Shown piece by piece: positions 58,885-64,000 of a DNA stretch of 64,000 nucleotides. The first letter of the stretch is position 1, and every line of letters starts with the position of its first letter. The notes beneath the pieces are model-generated. The model did not search any database. It was not told the origin of the DNA and was given only the letters and a program-made list of their open reading frames with translations. The DNA is from an uncultured Azospirillum sp. (GTDB lineage: Bacteria; Pseudomonadota; Alphaproteobacteria; RF32; CAG-239), in assembly GCA_947301965.1 (NCBI GenBank), contig CAMYUM010000003.1, positions 30,127-94,126 of the forward strand, written 5' to 3'. Both the position numbers and the translations under genes were made by a program.

Positions 58885-59543
58885 TATATATCTCTCTTAA
58901 TTGCAAAAATTAGCAATTTGTCGGCACAGTCTTCGGCAATGTCAGCAATTTGATCAATTTCAGTAATCAGTAAGTCAAGCTGGATTTTGTTGGCTAAAGG
59001 AAGATCAGAAGCAAAAATCGATTTTTTTATTTCATTACAGGTGAGGTCGGATTCTTGCTCCATCAGATAAACTTTGTGCGTGTAGTCGCGGACAATGCTT
59101 AAATCTTTGAAAAAAGCGCGAGAAGCAATACCCATGTTTTCGCAACATTCGGCGACCTGCTTGCATAAGATTTCGACGGAACGGTGGAGTTCTGCTGGAA
59201 TTTCGGGTTGTTCAACATGAAATTTATAGACAACATCGTGTATTTGATTATTGATCTTGTCCATGCTTTCAATCAGCTCAAGAACGTCAGCCTGCAAGTT
59301 AGGAAGCAGATTTTGAGCGTAGAGTTGGTTTTCAATTTCGCGGCGCAGACCATCGGCATCGTGTTCAATTTTTTTAATTTGTTTATTGACTGAGCGGTAT
59401 TCTTCACGTCCGTCCTGGCTTAAAAAAACTTTGATTGCTTTGCGAAAAAGCACAGCCGAATCGATAACTTTGTCGTGAAAACTGTCAATTTTGTTTTCCA
59501 GAGATTTGGTTTTGGGGAAAAGCGAAATTTTAATTTTAAACAT
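58884..59543 (-). CDS. PhoU-like Pit accessory protein (DUF47)
   Basis: ~220-aa all-helical; HDADGLRREI motif; immediately upstream of and overlapping pit. Confidence 0.7.
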   Translation of the reverse strand: MFKIKISLFPKTKSLENKIDSFHDKVIDSAVLFRKAIKVFLSQDGREEYRSVNKQIKKIEHDADGLRREIENQLYAQNLLPNLQADVLELIESMDKINNQIHDVVYKFHVEQPEIPAELHRSVEILCKQVAECCENMGIASRAFFKDLSIVRDYTHKVYLMEQESDLTCNEIKKSIFASDLPLANKIQLDLLITEIDQIADIAEDCADKLLIFAIKRDI

Positions 59544-59693
59544 TATTTTTCTCCGTTAATATCTGCTGATAACATAGGACATAAAGGTTAAATAACAATA
59601 AATATTTTTTAACTTGTAATCTTGTTTTAGATTGGCTAAATTATTCTTTGTCTTATGATTTTTTAGGGTTAATTAACACTTAAGGAAAATATT

Positions 59694-60416
59694 ATGAAAA
59701 AAGCAATTGTTATTTCATTGTTGGCATTGTTGGTTGCGGTTGCCGCATTGGTTAAAGTTTATTTGCCATGCACACAAAAGGTTGATTCAGCCGCTTCCGT
59801 TGATGTTGAACAGGTTTTGAAAGCTCATCCGGAATATGTTGTAAATGCTTTGCAAGCATATGACCAGAAAATGAGAGAAGAAGAAGAAAACAGAATAAAA
59901 GCTTTGGTTAAGGATAATGAAGCAGCTTTGAACGAAAGTAATGCTCCGTTCCAAGGCCCTGCCGACTCGAAGATTGTTTTGGTTGAGTTCTTTGATTATG
60001 CCTGTGGATACTGCCGCAGATTATATCCGGAATTGAACGAGATTATTGCACAGAATGCTGACGTAAAAGTTTTGTACAGACCGTTGGCTTTTGTTTCTCA
60101 ATATTCTGAATATGCTGCTCGTGCCGTTTTGGCTGCTAACGAACAGGGTAAATTCAGTGAATTGCATACCGCTTTGTTTACTGTTCAAAAACCATTGGAT
60201 GAAAAATTGGTTGATGAATTAGCTGAAAAAGCCGGTATTGATGTTGAAAAAATGAAAGCCGATATGAAATCTGATAAGGTTAATGCCGCTTTTGCCACCA
60301 ATAATTCGTTGGCCGAAAAAATTCAAATTAACGGCGTTCCGACTCTGATTTTGAATGGTGAAATGTTGCAACCTGCACCAAAAGCTATTCAAGAAAAAAT
60401 TGACCAAGCAAAATAA
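59694..60416 (+). CDS. DsbA-family thiol:disulfide oxidoreductase (CGYC active site), second paralog
   Basis: signal/TM; FFDYACGYCRRLYPE. Confidence 0.75.
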   Translation: MKKAIVISLLALLVAVAALVKVYLPCTQKVDSAASVDVEQVLKAHPEYVVNALQAYDQKMREEEENRIKALVKDNEAALNESNAPFQGPADSKIVLVEFFDYACGYCRRLYPELNEIIAQNADVKVLYRPLAFVSQYSEYAARAVLAANEQGKFSELHTALFTVQKPLDEKLVDELAEKAGIDVEKMKADMKSDKVNAAFATNNSLAEKIQINGVPTLILNGEMLQPAPKAIQEKIDQAK

Positions 60417-60434
60417 TTTGATTTGGTTGATAAT

Positions 60435-60468
60435 AAAAAAGCCGCTCGTTAAAGAGCGGCTTTTTTTA
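60435..60468. terminator. bidirectional terminator (AGCCGCTC-gttaaa-GAGCGGCT + T7)
   Basis: perfect 8-bp stem between convergent genes. Confidence 0.8.
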
Positions 60469-61227
60469 TACCTTGTGCGGCAATTTTGAATATATGTAAG
60501 TGCTGATACAATTTGGGACAATGGATAACGCCCAGGTGGCAAATCGCATCGGCCAAGGAAAAGCTATAAGTCCGACATTTTTTTCCAACCGTGAAGCTAT
60601 GATATCAGCAGCTTTTTCAGCAGACATAAAAAACGGCATCGGGCAAGTGTTTTTGTCGGTTATGCGTGATTTTACAAAACCAGGGCAAATAACATTGATT
60701 TGAATATTTTGTTTTAAGTAAGCGGCACGCAGGGCCTCGCCATAAGCTTTTACGCAGGCTTTGCTGGCACTATAGGACGGGCAGGCCGCCAGTCCGTGAT
60801 ATCCGGCAATCGAACTCAAAATCGCAACAGCTTTAGGCGAATCGTCTTTACGGTTTTGATAAATGTCAAGTGCGGGATGAATGGTATTTAGAACGCCAAA
60901 AACATTGATATTGAAGGTGTTATAAATGTTGTTGGGGGTTTCCTGCAAAGTAGCAACTCCGGCGTTGGCGACAACAAGGTTGAGCGGAGCCTTTTTATCG
61001 GCTTCATTAATCCAATCGTTAACGGCCTCTTTGTTGCTGACATCAAGAATTTTGGAATGAACCTTAATGTTTTTTTGAGAGCATTTTTGAGCAACCTGTT
61101 CAAGGCGTTCGGCGTTGCGTCCGCAAATAAAAATATTTTCGGCGCCAATTGCGGCGTAATGCAAGGCCAAAGCTTCACCGATACCTGATGAGGCACCGGT
61201 TATCAGAATGTTTTTGAATTTGGTCAT
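60466..61227 (-). CDS. short-chain dehydrogenase/reductase (SDR)
   Basis: TGASSGIG cofactor motif; YSASK active site. Confidence 0.85.
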   Translation of the reverse strand: MTKFKNILITGASSGIGEALALHYAAIGAENIFICGRNAERLEQVAQKCSQKNIKVHSKILDVSNKEAVNDWINEADKKAPLNLVVANAGVATLQETPNNIYNTFNINVFGVLNTIHPALDIYQNRKDDSPKAVAILSSIAGYHGLAACPSYSASKACVKAYGEALRAAYLKQNIQINVICPGFVKSRITDKNTCPMPFFMSAEKAADIIASRLEKNVGLIAFPWPMRFATWALSIVPNCISTYIYSKLPHKV

Positions 61228-61297
61228 CGTTTTTATCCATTAATTGTTAATCTTTTATGGATATAATAACAAAAAATTTAATTTAAGGAGAAAATTT

Positions 61298-62197
61298 TTG
61301 AATATATCCAGTATGACAGGTTTCGGGCGTGCGAGCGGACATTGCGAAATCGGAGATGTGGCTTTTGATTGGGCATTTGAGGCCAAAAGCGTTAATGCTA
61401 AAAATTTTGATTTTAAGATGAGAGCACCGCAAATGTTAGAAAATATGGGCGGTGAACTGAAAACAATCGCTCAAAAATATTTTGAACGCGGCACAATCAG
61501 TGTAAGTTTAGATGTAAAAACCGAGCAAAACGCCGATAATGTAAAAATCAATAATGAGTTGTTGGCAAAGTTGATGGAAACGTCAAAAGAATTTTGCAAG
61601 AATGAAAATTTGCAAATGCCGACGATGGGTGAGTTGTTGAATGTTAACGGTGTAATCGAAATTGAGCGCAGAACTTTTGATGACGAAATGTTGGCAAAAT
61701 TAAGTGATGAACTGAAAAACGGGTTTGAAAAATGTTGTGCCGAATTGCAAGCGGACAGGCAACGAGAAGGGGAAAAAATTGCCGGAGCATTGGCTGTTTT
61801 ATTGCAAAAAATTAAAAATATCGTGAATGATATTGTGGCCAAAGCGGATAAAATGCCGGAGCAAATTGCTGAAAAACTTAAACAGCAAATTGCTGACTTT
61901 TTGGGCGAAAACACAGATGTAGGCGAGGATAGGTTGGCGCAAGAGATTGTGTTTTTGGTAAATCGTGCCGACATCAGAGAGGAAACCGACCGTTTGCAGG
62001 CACATATTAAGACAGCGGAGCAGTTGTTGCAAAGCGGGCAAAGTGTAGGACGCAGACTGGATTTTTTGTGTCAGGAACTTAATCGTGAAGCAAATACAAC
62101 TTGCTCTAAAGCCGCAGATGTAGAAATCATAAATTGCGGTATGGAGTTAAAGGCAACAATTGAGCAGTTTAGAGAACAAGTGCAAAATATGGAGTAG
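61298..62197 (+). CDS. yicC: YicC-family protein
   Basis: N-terminal (M)NISSMTGFGRA parallels E. coli MIRSMTAYAR; TTG start 7 nt after GGAG (alternative ATG 61313). Confidence 0.75.
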   Translation: MNISSMTGFGRASGHCEIGDVAFDWAFEAKSVNAKNFDFKMRAPQMLENMGGELKTIAQKYFERGTISVSLDVKTEQNADNVKINNELLAKLMETSKEFCKNENLQMPTMGELLNVNGVIEIERRTFDDEMLAKLSDELKNGFEKCCAELQADRQREGEKIAGALAVLLQKIKNIVNDIVAKADKMPEQIAEKLKQQIADFLGENTDVGEDRLAQEIVFLVNRADIREETDRLQAHIKTAEQLLQSGQSVGRRLDFLCQELNREANTTCSKAADVEIINCGMELKATIEQFREQVQNME

Positions 62198-62200
62198 GCT

Positions 62201-62869
62201 ATGGAAGATATCATTAATTATTTACGTCGAGTAAGACGTGGGGCAATGTTTTTGATTGAGGCACCGTCAGGAACAGGGAAAGGAACGGTTATTAAAGAGT
62301 TATTGAGGCGTGATGACAAGCTGAAATTTTCAATTTCGGTAACCACACGTGCTCCACGCCACAATGAAGTTGATGGAGTTGATTATTATTTTATTTCAGA
62401 TGAGCAATATGATAAGTACAAAGCAGAAGACGCTTTTTATGAGTATGTTGATTCCCAATACGGTAGCCGTTACGGTACATTGCGCTCGGAAGTTGACAGT
62501 TTTTTGAATGTCGGTGAAGACGTTATTTTTGATATAGACTGGATGGGAGCACGGCAGATGAAAGAAAAAGCTCCGCAAGAAGTGGTTACGATTTATATGT
62601 TGCCGCCGTCAATCAAAGAAGTAAGATCTCGTTTGGAAAACCGCAGAACCGACAGTAAAGAGGTGATTGAAAAGCGCATGAAACTTGTTACTGAAAAAAT
62701 TTGCCATTGGCAAGAATTTGACTATGTAGTGGTAAATGCCAATTTGGAAGATACGGTTGAGAAAATCAGACGTATTATCTCGGGCGAAAGAATGAAACGC
62801 GTGCGTCAGCAACAAGGGCTTGAAAACTTTGTTAATGAGTTGATGGAAGAAGCAAAATCAATGAAATGA
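62201..62869 (+). CDS. gmk: guanylate kinase
   Basis: P-loop SGTGKGT, ...TTRAPR... guanylate kinase signature. Confidence 0.9.
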   Translation: MEDIINYLRRVRRGAMFLIEAPSGTGKGTVIKELLRRDDKLKFSISVTTRAPRHNEVDGVDYYFISDEQYDKYKAEDAFYEYVDSQYGSRYGTLRSEVDSFLNVGEDVIFDIDWMGARQMKEKAPQEVVTIYMLPPSIKEVRSRLENRRTDSKEVIEKRMKLVTEKICHWQEFDYVVVNANLEDTVEKIRRIISGERMKRVRQQQGLENFVNELMEEAKSMK

Positions 62870-62925
62870 TTGCTTGCCAAAAATAATATTTTTGGTTATG
62901 CTCCAGTCAATTGATTGAGGAAGAA

Positions 62926-64000
62926 AATGAAACCGAATTCGATTTTAGGCAGATATCTATCACGTCAGATGCTGATGAGTTTTTTAGCAGTATTGCTAAT
63001 GATTGTCGGCATTATTATGATGTTTGATATTATTGAGCTGTTGCGTCGTACGGCTAACCGGCCGGATGTCGGTTTTGACTTTGTTGTTAAAATGGCATTA
63101 GTAAAAATGCCGCGTTCTTTTGAACTGGTCTTTCCGTTTGTAATGATGATTGCGGCGATGGTGACTTTTTGGAAAGTCAGTCGGTCCAACGAATTTGTGA
63201 TTATGCGGGCAGCAGGTGTTTCAATTTGGGGATTTTTAACACCGGTACTGACAATTGTATTTGTGGTTGGAATGCTCAATATTACGGTTATCAACCCGAT
63301 TTCTTCTTATATGTATGAAGTATATGAAACAATGAACTATCGGTTTAAGACCAAAAATCCTGATGCGGTATTGTTTTCAAACAAAGGTTTATGGATAAGA
63401 GAAGCCGGAGAAAATGATAATATTTTAGTGTTGGAAGCAAAGTCGGTACGCCAGGAAGATGATCTTTTGTTGTTGCGCAAAGTGAGTTTGTTGGAGTTGA
63501 GTAAGAATTCTCACCTGTTACGGCGTATTGAGGCCTATGCGGCAGAATTGCACAATGATAAGGTGGAAATGAAAGACGTTAAGATATTTGAGCCGGGAAA
63601 GCCGACACAAAAACTTAATGATTTTGATTATAAAACGTCGCTGACTATTGATCGTATTAAGGAAAACTTTGTTGATCCGGAGGCAATTTCATTTTGGAGT
63701 CTGCCGGAAACTATAGAGTTTTATGAAAAATCAGGCTTTTCGGTTGTGCGGCATAAGATGCGCTATTTGTCGCTGTGGGCATCACCGTTTTTGTTGATGG
63801 CGATGGTTTTGATTGCTGCGGTATTTTCTTTACGCGGAAACAATCGTCGAGGCGGCGTAATGTATATGATTGTCGGGGGGATTACGACGGGTTTTGTAGT
63901 ATATTTTATGTCGCAGATTATTTATGCTTTCGGGGTAAACAATTATATTCCGATATTGTTGGCGGTGTGGGCTCCGACGTTGATTATCGTGATGGTGGCA
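62926..64000 (+). CDS. LPS export ABC permease LptF/LptG (YjgP/YjgQ family), 3'-truncated by window end
   Basis: GAGGAAG RBS, ATG 62926; MKPNSILGRYLSRQMLMSFLAVLLMIVGIIMMFDIIELL typical family N-terminus; open to window end. Confidence 0.75.

Noticed and set aside
62885-62902. AT-only hairpin CCAAAAATA/TATTTTTGG after gmk as terminator
   Set aside because: No GC in the stem and no T-run. It overlaps the lptF/G RBS region, so it is unlikely to be a functional intrinsic terminator.
62965-63294. 109-aa minus-strand ORF
   Set aside because: Antisense to the confidently identified lptF/G start (good RBS, family-typical N-terminus).

Overview
Reading both strands and the ORF track by eye, the window looks like ~64 kb of a low-GC (~38-42% from hand counts) alphaproteobacterial chromosome. 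The atpI-B-E-F'-F operon order, the pal-cpoB(ybgF)-tilS-ftsH run, a two-piece 'b/b'' ATP synthase stator and a CcrM-like orphan adenine methyltransferase support that placement. The many autotransporters, lipoproteins and effector-like genes suggest a host-associated lifestyle; this last point is inference. The backbone is housekeeping: queA, kdsB, pgpA, tRNA-Pro(CGG), tRNA-fMet, dsbA x2, ATP synthase F0 genes, ppdK, pal, cpoB, tilS, ftsH, glmM, uvrC, pgsA, an OmpR/EnvZ-like two-component pair, rplU-rpmA-obg-rsfS-rlmH, a PiT/PhoU-like pair, an SDR, yicC, gmk and an lptF/G start. Embedded in this is a clear accessory region at roughly 14.6-27.6 kb. It holds a 762-aa protein made of ~8 tandem ~88-aa repeats of a family I cannot name, and a divergently transcribed HExxH protein with a disordered tail. 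It also holds two GC-atypical blocks (~48-57% GC in hand-counted samples), on a backbone of ~32-38% in comparable samples, of unknown genes, including a 403-aa lipoprotein, a 208+142-aa pair and three monocistronic small Cys-motif proteins, each with its own terminator. A DUF2130-like zinc-ribbon/coiled-coil protein and a patatin-like phospholipase complete the region. Elsewhere there is a 2036-aa Pmp-repeat autotransporter containing two 100%-identical 307-bp segments in a ~984-bp tandem repeat (a third, diverged unit lies upstream), and a subtilisin (S8) autotransporter with an N-terminal ANK-like repeat and a Gly/Asp/Pro simple-sequence linker. Other features are a stand-alone type IV pilin, a ~125-bp nested-hairpin intergenic repeat family (3 copies), a duplicated tRNA-Pro 3' fragment next to a highly structured ~170-nt spacer, and two tandem Shine-Dalgarno-equipped mini-ORFs (27 and 22 aa) upstream of tRNA-fMet. 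No CRISPR array, integrase, transposase or rRNA was seen.
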